Below are positions 44,401 to 53,307 of a stretch of 64,000 nucleotides of DNA, piece by piece; position 1 is the first letter of the stretch; each line of letters opens with the position of its first letter. The position numbers were made by a program, and so were the translations under genes. The notes under the pieces are model-generated. The model was given only the letters and a program-made list of their open reading frames with translations. It ran no database searches and had not been told where the DNA came from. The stretch comes from Armatimonadota bacterium (GTDB taxonomy: Bacteria > Armatimonadota > UBA5829 > DTJY01): NCBI GenBank assembly GCA_029907255.1, contig JARYMF010000007.1:37896-101895 (forward strand), read 5' to 3'.

Positions 44401-46728
44401 CTTTATTCAATGGGTAAGTTGCACGAAGCTGTTTCGCTACTGGAAGAGCATATCATGGCAGACCAGAATGATGCTCAGGCATACAATGACCTTGGCGTCC
44501 TGTATTTCGAAAAAGGCGAAATTGAGAAAGCGCAATATTGTCTTGAGAAATCGCTTGCGCTAGATGAGACCGATGATACTGTTCGGAAAAACCTTGTGGA
44601 CCTTTATCTTGCTTGCGGGCAATCGGAAAGAGCAGCAAAGCTAACTGGCAATGCCCAAGAGGATTCTAGTTGTCCAGGCTGCAAGTCTGCCAGACCTAGG
44701 ATAATTGCAATACTTGCCGCTTACAATGAAGGCGACGTTATATACCATGTAATTCGGGATTTAATCGAGCAAGATATTGAAGTATACCTTCTAAACCATC
44801 ATTCAACAGACAATACAGTTGAAGAAGCATCAAAATGGTTGGGCAAGGGCCTTATTGGCATAGAATTGTTTCCTGAAGAGAGTGGTCTCGACATTCCAAA
44901 TGATGTGTTTGCTCTTCGCTATATTCTTATGCGCAAGGAGCAGCTTGTTCGACAATTTGGTCCCGGTTGGTACATCAATGCAGATGCCGATGAGTTCCGC
45001 GAGTCGCCTTGGCCTGGTTTGAATCTCCGTGAGGGAATCGAACGTGTAGACGCATTGGGATACAATACAATCAATTTTGCAATTTTTGATTTTAAGCCAA
45101 CTGATAATTCATTTGTGCCTGGCGATGATGTCCGCAAATACTTGACCGGTTACTCAGCACCTGCCGTTTCGTGGGACAAAATGCAGGCAAGGTGTTGGAA
45201 GTATTGGGGCCAGGATTTCAAACTTTGGCATACCGGTGGTCATCTAGTTCAATTCGAAGGCAGGCGCGTATTTCCTATCCCGTTTATCCTCAGGCATTAC
45301 CCAATTAGAAGCGAAGCACATGGAGAGACTAAGATCTTCAGCCAACGAAAAAACCGCTTTGATGAAAATGAAAAAGCCGCTAACTGGCATGTGCAGTATA
45401 ACGATATCACTCGGGAAAATAAGAGATTCCTATGGGACAAGTCTCAGCTTACCCAATACGACAGAGACGAAGTGTGCCGCCAAATCCATAAGAGATTCGC
45501 TGGTGTGGAACTATCCGAGGATAATAGCGAAATAAGGATTGCAATTGTAGTTCTAGTCCACAACCAGCTCGATGACACAAGAAAGTGCTTGGAAAGCATA
45601 AGGCGACATACAAATCTGCCGTATGAGCTTGTGGTGGTGGATAACGGCTCCACAGATGGCACGGAGCAGTATCTTGAAGAGATTAAGACCAAATGGAATT
45701 CAAAACATTGCAGGGCAATCAAAGTCATACGTCATGAGACTAATCTTGGTTATGCGGCAGGCAACAACTCAGGTATTTTGGCCTCTGAGGGTGCATATGT
45801 TGTTATTCTAAACAACGATACAGTAGTTACTCCTGGCTGGCTTGAGCGTCTGGTTAGATGTGCGGATGATGACCCACGCATTGGTATTGTTGGGCCTGTG
45901 AGCAATAATGTTTCAGGTTCTCAACAAGTCGAAAGCGTTGATTATGACCAGTCTACTCTAGAGGGGCTTGAGGAATTTGCCAAGAAGTGGGCTGCCTTGC
46001 ATGATAGGCAGATTAAACCAATAACGAGAGTTGTTGGTTTCTGTATGTTGATAAAACGTGAGGTAATCGAAACAATCGGCGGCTTTGACCCAAGATTTGG
46101 GATAGGTAACTTCGAGGATGATGATTTCTCAATTCGTGCTGCGATTGCAGGATATTATTCTGTGGTAGCGCAGGACTGTTTTATTCACCACACTGGCAGT
46201 CGAACTTTTGTTGGTCAAAAGATTAATCATGATGCACTCATGCGAAAAAATTGGGACCTTTTTAAAGCAAAGTGGGGTATACCAGCTGAGCTACCTTTAG
46301 GTATACCGTACAACATGTCGTTTCTTCTCAAGCAAGCGTTCAATCCGGAGCGCCATCGTTGCCCACTGGAAATCTCGAGCTCATCTATTGTTTGGTTTGT
46401 TGCACCAGAGTGGGATAAGCCCGAAACATGGTGTCCGGTAATTGAAGAATATTTGCGGTCAAATGTATCAAAAAAAGATGCGCTTCTTAGCATGTATGCT
46501 GGACCACGCACAGCAAGTGACTCAAGTGCGGCAGCCGAACTGGTGGCTGACTTTTTGGCAACGCTAGGTGTAGATGAGGGTCAAACTCCCGACATTGAAA
46601 TAACAGGGGAGCTTCCTAAAAACGGGAATGTGCAAATTATACTATCGAACGGCGGGTTGGACGAATTTTTGCAATTTCAGTACCCTGGCCGATGCATTCG
46701 CATAGATGAGTTGCGCAAGGCAGCGTAA
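41440..46728 (+). CDS. Giant multidomain transferase: TagB/TagF-like glycerophosphotransferase + GT-A-like + WbsX-family GT + TPR + GT2 + GT2
   Basis: 1762 aa. TagF motifs [10 protein letters not shown] and [24 protein letters not shown]. WbsX motif [28 protein letters not shown]. GT2 signatures AYNEGD..STDNT and [11 protein letters not shown]..NNDT. Confidence 0.8.
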   Translation: [1762 protein letters not shown]

Positions 46729-46778
46729 TTAGGTGTGACAAGGCAATAGTTGATCTGAGACGGAGGCGAGGTATTAAA

Positions 46779-49007
46779 ATGCCTGTACGAGTTACAAAAG
46801 CCATGACAGTCGGTAATGAGAAACAGTTAGGGCTTGATGCACTAAGGGAAAAACGGTGGGCAGAGGCAGCCGACTATCTGGAAAGAGCACTCAATGGTTC
46901 GCCAGCAGATGTTGAAATTATGAATGCACTGGCAGTTGCATATAGTGCACTGGGTAACGGCAAAGCTGCTCGCACAATACTTGGGCAGGCAGTTCGGGTG
47001 TCGCCAGAATATCCCGAAACATATAAAAATCTTGCGGTGCTACTTGCGCGCGAGGGCAGGGTACTGGAAGCGGCAGATAATGCTTGTCAAGCAGTCGAAC
47101 TTTCTCCTTCTAATCCAGAAAATGTCCGAGTGCTTCGAGAAGTACAAGAACTGGTTCGAAAGCTTTCACATTCGACAAAGAAAGAGAAGAAGTTAAACCG
47201 GCGTGTTGGAGGACCAACGCGCACCGAGATTAATGCGCGCCTTGCTAAGATTAATTCAGTTATTAAAAGGACACAGTCTATTAGCGAACAAGTGCCTACT
47301 CTTTCACTATGCATGATTGTAAAAAACGAAGAAGCAAATCTCGATTCTTGTCTTCGTAGCGTAAAAGGCATCGTGAATGAAATAATCATTGTTGATACCG
47401 GGTCAACAGACCGCACGCCAGAGATTGCACAATCTCATGGGGCAAAAGTTTATTATTTTCCATGGACTGATAACTATGCCGAAGCTCGGAATAAGTCACT
47501 AAGCTATGCAACTGGAACGTGGGTTCTCATACTGGATGCTGATGAGCAGCTTGATAAATCTGCAGGCCAAGTAATTCTTAAGGCAATAAAAGAACCCGTT
47601 GCTGATGCGTTTGCATTGCTTTTCCACAACTATATGTCCGAAAGCCAAGGTCCTGATATGTTTATCCATCGCACTTGCCGGTTGTTCCGCAACAAACCCG
47701 AATATCGGTATGAAGGACGAGTGCATGAACGCATAGTCCCTTCTATTGAGCGGTCGGGTGGAAAAATGGCATATCTCGATGCGGTAATCCACCATTTTGG
47801 CTATAGGCCTGCTGTAATGTTAGAACGTTGCAAGCACGAGCGATATATTCGCCTTCTTGAAGCAGACCTTGCGGAGAACCCAAATGATCCATATTGCCTC
47901 TACAATCTAGCTTCTGTTTACATAACAAAAGGCAACTATAAGGAGGCGCTTGGATATCTTAAGAAGGCTGAGGAATACATTACGCGAAGTCATGAATTTG
48001 CTGCTGCCACTTATTCGCATATGGCGCATGCCTTTTGTGAACTTGGGAGTCCAGAAGAGGCTATAAACGCATTGGAGCGGGCGCAAAACAAAGGCATATG
48101 CCATCCTGAATTGAATTTTGCGAAGGGGAATGCTCTTCTAGTCCTTGGGAGATATGCAGAAGCAATCACTGAGTTTGTGTCTGCTGTCCAGCTCGGCCAG
48201 AGTGGTGGATGGATTGGTGATCCTGGTGCATTTGGATATAAGGCATATTTTGGAATAGCTAGTGCTTGCATGGGATTGCAAGATTACCAGAAGGCTGCTG
48301 AATATGCCGAGCTGGTGGTAAAAGAAAACCCTGGTGACGCTAAGGCACATGAACTCCTAACCATTGCTTATCTTCGTTTAGGCAAGATGGCTCAGGCTGA
48401 AAAACATGGAAAGGAGTGGCTTCGATTATCGCCGGGTGATGCCCGGGCAGTGATAGGTTTTGCCCAGGTTTTGCAGGCAAGCGGTCAATTTAAAGAGGCA
48501 AGGAATCTCTATGTTTCGCTTCTAGATTTGGATTGCGAAACTGCTGAACTTCATTTCAACTTGGGTGTTTGTGCAGAGGCACTCAATGAGCTTGAAGATG
48601 CTAGTCGGCATTTTACCAGGGCAATTGAATTGCAGCCTGATTTTGTCGAGGCGCATACCAACTTAGGACGGTGTCACGCGAAACAAGGGCGAATCTCTGA
48701 AGCGCTTGCTTGTTTTGCACACGCTGTGGAAATAGACCCGGGGTATGCGAATGCTTATTTTAATGCAGGGGATATTCTGTATTCGGCTGGCCGTTATGAG
48801 GATGCTATAAATGTCTATCAGAATGGGTTAATGTGTTATCCAAATAATCCTGCTGCATTCCTTGCCATAGGAAATTGCTACTTCCGCATGGGGGCGTATG
48901 AAGCCGCTATTATGGGTTACCGCCAAGCTTTGGCTCTTCGCCCGAATTACCCTGAGGCCCAAGCTAATCTTTCTAAGGCTCTACAGCATGTAAAATCCTC
49001 AGTTTGA
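46779..49007 (+). CDS. TPR-GT2-TPR glycosyltransferase (GmaR-like flagellin glycosyltransferase candidate)
   Basis: 742 aa. Central GT2 domain LSLCMIVKNEEANLDSCLRSV...VDTGSTDRT...LDADE, flanked by TPR repeats. Confidence 0.75.
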   Translation: MPVRVTKAMTVGNEKQLGLDALREKRWAEAADYLERALNGSPADVEIMNALAVAYSALGNGKAARTILGQAVRVSPEYPETYKNLAVLLAREGRVLEAADNACQAVELSPSNPENVRVLREVQELVRKLSHSTKKEKKLNRRVGGPTRTEINARLAKINSVIKRTQSISEQVPTLSLCMIVKNEEANLDSCLRSVKGIVNEIIIVDTGSTDRTPEIAQSHGAKVYYFPWTDNYAEARNKSLSYATGTWVLILDADEQLDKSAGQVILKAIKEPVADAFALLFHNYMSESQGPDMFIHRTCRLFRNKPEYRYEGRVHERIVPSIERSGGKMAYLDAVIHHFGYRPAVMLERCKHERYIRLLEADLAENPNDPYCLYNLASVYITKGNYKEALGYLKKAEEYITRSHEFAAATYSHMAHAFCELGSPEEAINALERAQNKGICHPELNFAKGNALLVLGRYAEAITEFVSAVQLGQSGGWIGDPGAFGYKAYFGIASACMGLQDYQKAAEYAELVVKENPGDAKAHELLTIAYLRLGKMAQAEKHGKEWLRLSPGDARAVIGFAQVLQASGQFKEARNLYVSLLDLDCETAELHFNLGVCAEALNELEDASRHFTRAIELQPDFVEAHTNLGRCHAKQGRISEALACFAHAVEIDPGYANAYFNAGDILYSAGRYEDAINVYQNGLMCYPNNPAAFLAIGNCYFRMGAYEAAIMGYRQALALRPNYPEAQANLSKALQHVKSSV

Positions 49008-49075
49008 ACCAAACCCGAAGGTTTTTCTCCCGCCAGTGTTTAATAAATTTGCGGTTGATGTAATTCATCCGTGGA

Positions 49076-50026
49076 TTGACTAAAATGGAACGCCGCGAAT
49101 TAGGGAGAACAGGTATCTGGGTATCAAGGCTTGCCTTCGGGACGCTGCCTTTCAAACTCCACGAAATGCCAATTAGCGATGGCGCGGAACTTCTTGTTTC
49201 TGCGGCAGAAATGGGCATCGATTTTTTTGACCTCGCAGAAATTTATGGTTCATATCCTCACATGCAGAAAGCTCTTAAGCATATGGAGTTACCTCCTATA
49301 ATTGCCGCCAAGTCCATGGCAAAGGACGCAAGCTCCATGATTACTTCAATCAACACTGCGCTTCGAGAAATTGGCGTACCAAGGCTTGACATTTTCAAGC
49401 TTCATAACGTGGATAGCGTCGAGGACTTGAATAGTAGATTGCCTGCGTGGGAAGAGCTAGTTAAGGCTAAATCAAAGGGATTAATTCGTGCAATTGGTGT
49501 ATCTACACATTCCTGCCGCGTGTTAGAGGAAGTCATTAGTTGGCCCGAGTTGGACGTTGTTCTAGTGGTTTTTAATAGAGGTTTTAAGGGTGTTGTGGAA
49601 GGAACAATGGCAGAGATGCTGGATGGCATCAAGGCAGCCCATAGCGCTGGCAAGGGTGTCTACATTATGAAGGCACTTGGCGGTGGGCTACTGTACGCGA
49701 ATGCTAGGGAAGCTTTGGAGTTCGCATTTAGCGTTGAAGAAGCTGATTCGGTTGCCGTTGGAATGCATAGCCTCCAAGAAGTAATATACAATGTGGCTGT
49801 GTGCAAGGGCGAGGCTGTTCCGCCTTCCGTAGAAACGAGTCTAAAGCAGCGTAAAAGACGCTGGCATGTCCGTCCATTCTGCCGAGGTTGTGGGGCTTGT
49901 ATATCCGCTTGCCGTTATGGAGCACTCCGCATGGGCGAGAAAACGCCAGTTGCGGATGAGGAGAAGTGCATACTTTGTGGATATTGCGGCTTCGAATGTC
50001 CTGCGATGGCGATTAAAATATTGTAG
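49076..50026 (+). CDS. Aldo/keto reductase fused to a C-terminal 2x[4Fe-4S] ferredoxin domain
   Basis: 316 aa. AKR core (LGRTGIWVSRLAFGT). C-terminus CRGCGACISAC...CILCGYCGFECP. Confidence 0.7.
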   Translation: MTKMERRELGRTGIWVSRLAFGTLPFKLHEMPISDGAELLVSAAEMGIDFFDLAEIYGSYPHMQKALKHMELPPIIAAKSMAKDASSMITSINTALREIGVPRLDIFKLHNVDSVEDLNSRLPAWEELVKAKSKGLIRAIGVSTHSCRVLEEVISWPELDVVLVVFNRGFKGVVEGTMAEMLDGIKAAHSAGKGVYIMKALGGGLLYANAREALEFAFSVEEADSVAVGMHSLQEVIYNVAVCKGEAVPPSVETSLKQRKRRWHVRPFCRGCGACISACRYGALRMGEKTPVADEEKCILCGYCGFECPAMAIKIL

Positions 50027-50182
50027 GCGACTAATTTTTAGAAAGGTCTTTTTTGCAAACAAGACAAAGGACTAAAAGCATCCAGTGGCATGCGCTCCTG
50101 CTTTGTCTTCGTTTAACTTGGTAAGGACCGATAAACTCGTCATTTTGGAGGACACTTGTTATAATAAGCAAGTCATATTGGG

Positions 50183-51010
50183 TTGGAGATGCCAATGAAG
50201 TTTTCAATTTGCAACGAGCTTTTTGAAAATTGGCCTATAGAGAAAGTATTCGTTACTGCTGCCGAAATCGGATATGATGGCGTTGAGATTGCCCCGTTCA
50301 CTCTCGCAACATCGGTTTACGAAATCATAGATGCACGACGCCGAGAGATTGCTCGAGCTGCCGCTGATGCTGGTGTTGAGATTGTTGGGCTTCACTGGTT
50401 GCTGGTGAAACCAGAAGGATTATATATCAATCATCCAGATGCAGATGTTCGCAAGCGAACGCGCGACTACCTTGATGCGCTGATTTGCTTGTGCAGTGAT
50501 CTCGGTGGTCGCGTTCTCATTTTCGGCTCGCCGAAGCAGAGGAACGTGCACGAAAGCCTAACTTACGAGCAGGCTTGGAATTACGCATGCGAAACATTTT
50601 CGCATTGTGCGGAAAAGGCACGGGAAAATGATGTCTACCTTTGCATAGAGGCGCTACCTCCGCGGGAGACCAACTTCATAAACACAGTTGAGGAAGCGCT
50701 GGCAATGGTTCGTGCAGTTGGTAAGCCTAACTTTCGCACAATGGTTGATGTAAAAAGCATGTGCTCCGAGGCTCGGTCAATTCCGGAGATTGTTTGTAGC
50801 GCAGGTGAACATATCATGCACGTTCATGCTAATGACGCAAGTGGACGAGGGCCAGGGATGGGCGATACAGATTTTCATGTTGTGTCGTCAGCCCTTCGCG
50901 AAATCAGGTATAATGGCTATGTCTCGGTAGAGGTTTTCGATTACAAGCCCGACCCAATAACAATTGCAAAGCAAAGTTTAGCTTATTTGAGGGAAACGTT
51001 TGGTTGTTAG
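50183..51010 (+). CDS. Sugar phosphate isomerase/epimerase (xylose-isomerase-like TIM barrel)
   Basis: 275 aa with AP-endonuclease-2/IolE-type barrel motifs. The first codon is TTG; the ATG at 50195 is probably the real start. A TGnTATAAT extended -10 sits at 50157-50165. Confidence 0.7.
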   Translation: MEMPMKFSICNELFENWPIEKVFVTAAEIGYDGVEIAPFTLATSVYEIIDARRREIARAAADAGVEIVGLHWLLVKPEGLYINHPDADVRKRTRDYLDALICLCSDLGGRVLIFGSPKQRNVHESLTYEQAWNYACETFSHCAEKARENDVYLCIEALPPRETNFINTVEEALAMVRAVGKPNFRTMVDVKSMCSEARSIPEIVCSAGEHIMHVHANDASGRGPGMGDTDFHVVSSALREIRYNGYVSVEVFDYKPDPITIAKQSLAYLRETFGC

Positions 51011-51081
51011 ATATTCGCTGAGGATTTTTCTTTTCCAGTAATAGAAGAGAACAAAAAACTTAATTTTGAGATGATTCAGCC

Positions 51082-52461
51082 ATGACTATCAGATTTTTCA
51101 ATACATTAACCCGCGAAAAAGACGAATTTCGAGCAATAAATGACATGAAGGTTGGACTCTATACCTGTGGGCCAACCGTATATGACTTCGCCCATATTGG
51201 AAACTGGCGCACTTACTTATTCGAGGATATTCTTCGGCGACACCTCGAATACCGCGGTTTCGAAGTAGCACACGTGATGAATATCACGGATGTTGACGAC
51301 AAGACAATACGCGGTGCTAGGGAAAAAGGCATAAGTCTCAACGAGTATACTCTTCCATTTATTGAGGCTTTTTATGAGGACAGGGACCATCTAAACATCG
51401 AGCCGGCGCATGTATACCCCAGGGCGACCGAGCACATTCAGGAGATGGTTGCCCTGATAAAGAAGCTTCTTGACAAAGGTATAGCATATAAAGCTGAAGA
51501 CGGCTCGATTTACTACGACATCTCAAAATTTCCTGGCTACGGCAAACTTTCTCATTTTAAGATAGGAGAGTTGAAAGCCGGCGCACGGGTTAGCTCCGAT
51601 GAATATGAAAAAGAGCAGGTTTCCGATTTTGCTCTTTGGAAGGCTTGGGATGAGGCAGACGGCAATGTATATTGGGACACTGAGCTTGGAAGAGGCCGAC
51701 CCGGATGGCATATCGAATGTTCAGCAATGAGCATGAAGTATTTGGGCGAAACATTTGACATCCATACTGGTGGCGTTGATAACATCTTTCCACATCATGA
51801 AAACGAAATAGCCCAGTCTGAGGCTGCAACCGGAAAACCATTCGTCAACTATTGGCTTCACTCAGAGCACCTCCTCGTAGAAAATCGCAAAATGAGCAAA
51901 TCACTTGGCAATTTCTACACGCTCAGAGATGTAATGGCTCGAGGGTATGATCCACTTGCGTTTAGGTATTTGGTCCTTGGTGCACATTATCGGTCAAAAT
52001 TGAATTTCACTTGGCAAGCGCTGGATGCGGCTGAAACAGCGCTTGAGAATTTATATGAATTCGTAGCGCGGCTCGACAGGGAAAACCCAACTGGACTTGA
52101 TGACGCGGTCGCCCGCTGGACTAGTGCGTTTGATGAAGCAATGGATGACGATTTGAATACGCCTGTTGCACTGGCTGCGGTGTTTAGTTTGATTAAAGAG
52201 GTCAATATTCACGGCCGTGGTGGTCGAGAAGTCTTCGCTGCAATGGTGAACTTTGACCGAATTCTAGGTCTCAAGCTTTCCGAGCGAGGGGTGCCTTTTG
52301 AAGTGGAAATACCCTCGGATATAATGAGACTCGTCGAAGAACGTCAGAAGGCAAGAAAGGCACGCGATTTTGCTACCGCCGATCGCATCCGCGATGAGAT
52401 TCTAGCTGCCGGATACATAGTAGAGGATACCCCCGAGGGTCCCAGAGTAAAGAAGAAATAG
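51082..52461 (+). CDS. cysS: Cysteinyl-tRNA synthetase (class I; HIGN variant of HIGH)
   Basis: 459 aa. CGPTVYDFAHIGN, Zn/Cys-site residues (GWHIECSAM, HTGGVDNIFPHHENEIAQSEA) and KMSKS are present. The C-terminal anticodon-binding part is present. Confidence 0.8.
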   Translation: MTIRFFNTLTREKDEFRAINDMKVGLYTCGPTVYDFAHIGNWRTYLFEDILRRHLEYRGFEVAHVMNITDVDDKTIRGAREKGISLNEYTLPFIEAFYEDRDHLNIEPAHVYPRATEHIQEMVALIKKLLDKGIAYKAEDGSIYYDISKFPGYGKLSHFKIGELKAGARVSSDEYEKEQVSDFALWKAWDEADGNVYWDTELGRGRPGWHIECSAMSMKYLGETFDIHTGGVDNIFPHHENEIAQSEAATGKPFVNYWLHSEHLLVENRKMSKSLGNFYTLRDVMARGYDPLAFRYLVLGAHYRSKLNFTWQALDAAETALENLYEFVARLDRENPTGLDDAVARWTSAFDEAMDDDLNTPVALAAVFSLIKEVNIHGRGGREVFAAMVNFDRILGLKLSERGVPFEVEIPSDIMRLVEERQKARKARDFATADRIRDEILAAGYIVEDTPEGPRVKKK

Positions 52462-52527
52462 GGGGTTTGCAATTTTTAACCATGGGCTCCAAGCGATAAT
52501 AGAGCAGTAAGTTTGAGGAGGCTAATT

Positions 52528-53229
52528 ATGCGAATTTTAGCAGTTGGGGCGCATCCCGACGATATAGAAATCCTATGCGCTGGCACACTTGCTAAGTATG
52601 CAAGCCAAGGCCATGACATTATTATGTGCCATGCATGTATTGGAGATAAAGGGCATTTCCACATTCCAAATGATGAGCTTGCGAAAATTAGGCGCAAAGA
52701 GGCTCAGCTATCGGCAAGCAGGATTGGAGCCGAAAGCATATCGCTGGGCATACCAGACTGTGAAATTTTCAATAATCGAGAGACTTTGGCGGTATTCATT
52801 GATATGATTCGCGTAACTAAGCCCGACTTGATAATTACGCACTCGCCAACTGACTATATGCCTGATCATTGTGTAGTTAGTGGCTTGGTTTATGATGCAT
52901 CCTTCCATGCCTCGTTGCCTAATTGGAAGACAGAGCACGAATATCACGACAAAGTTCCACCGGTTATCTATATGGATAACGTTGCTGGGGTGGACTTTGA
53001 ACCAGGCGAATATGTGGATATTACGGATTTTATTGAAAAAAAGAAGGAAATGATGATGTGTCATCAGAGTCAAGTCGTCTGGCTAAAAGAGCACGATAAC
53101 CTGGATGTTATTCAGTTTATAGAAGATTGCGCTAAGTTCCGAGGATGGCAGTGTGGTGTTAAATACGCAGAAGCTTTCCGTACTGTCAACCGCTGGCCTA
53201 GATTGAGAACTCAGCGGTTGCTGCCTTGA
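52528..53229 (+). CDS. PIG-L/LmbE-family N-acetylglucosaminyl deacetylase
   Basis: ATG at 52528 with GAGGAGG 6 nt upstream. MRILAVGAHPDDIEILCAGTLAKY...HSPTDYMPDH. Confidence 0.8.
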   Translation: MRILAVGAHPDDIEILCAGTLAKYASQGHDIIMCHACIGDKGHFHIPNDELAKIRRKEAQLSASRIGAESISLGIPDCEIFNNRETLAVFIDMIRVTKPDLIITHSPTDYMPDHCVVSGLVYDASFHASLPNWKTEHEYHDKVPPVIYMDNVAGVDFEPGEYVDITDFIEKKKEMMMCHQSQVVWLKEHDNLDVIQFIEDCAKFRGWQCGVKYAEAFRTVNRWPRLRTQRLLP

Positions 53230-53307
53230 TTTTATACGCTTGGAAAGATCTCTTTCCAAAAATCCAATCATTTTATTCGTTTTAATTTCGATATTGGAGG
53301 TACAGCT

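Noticed and set aside
51082-52461. Calling the CysRS homologue MshC
   Set aside because: It retains the full anticodon-binding C-terminus and is of CysRS length. It is kept as cysS and the context is flagged as a finding instead.
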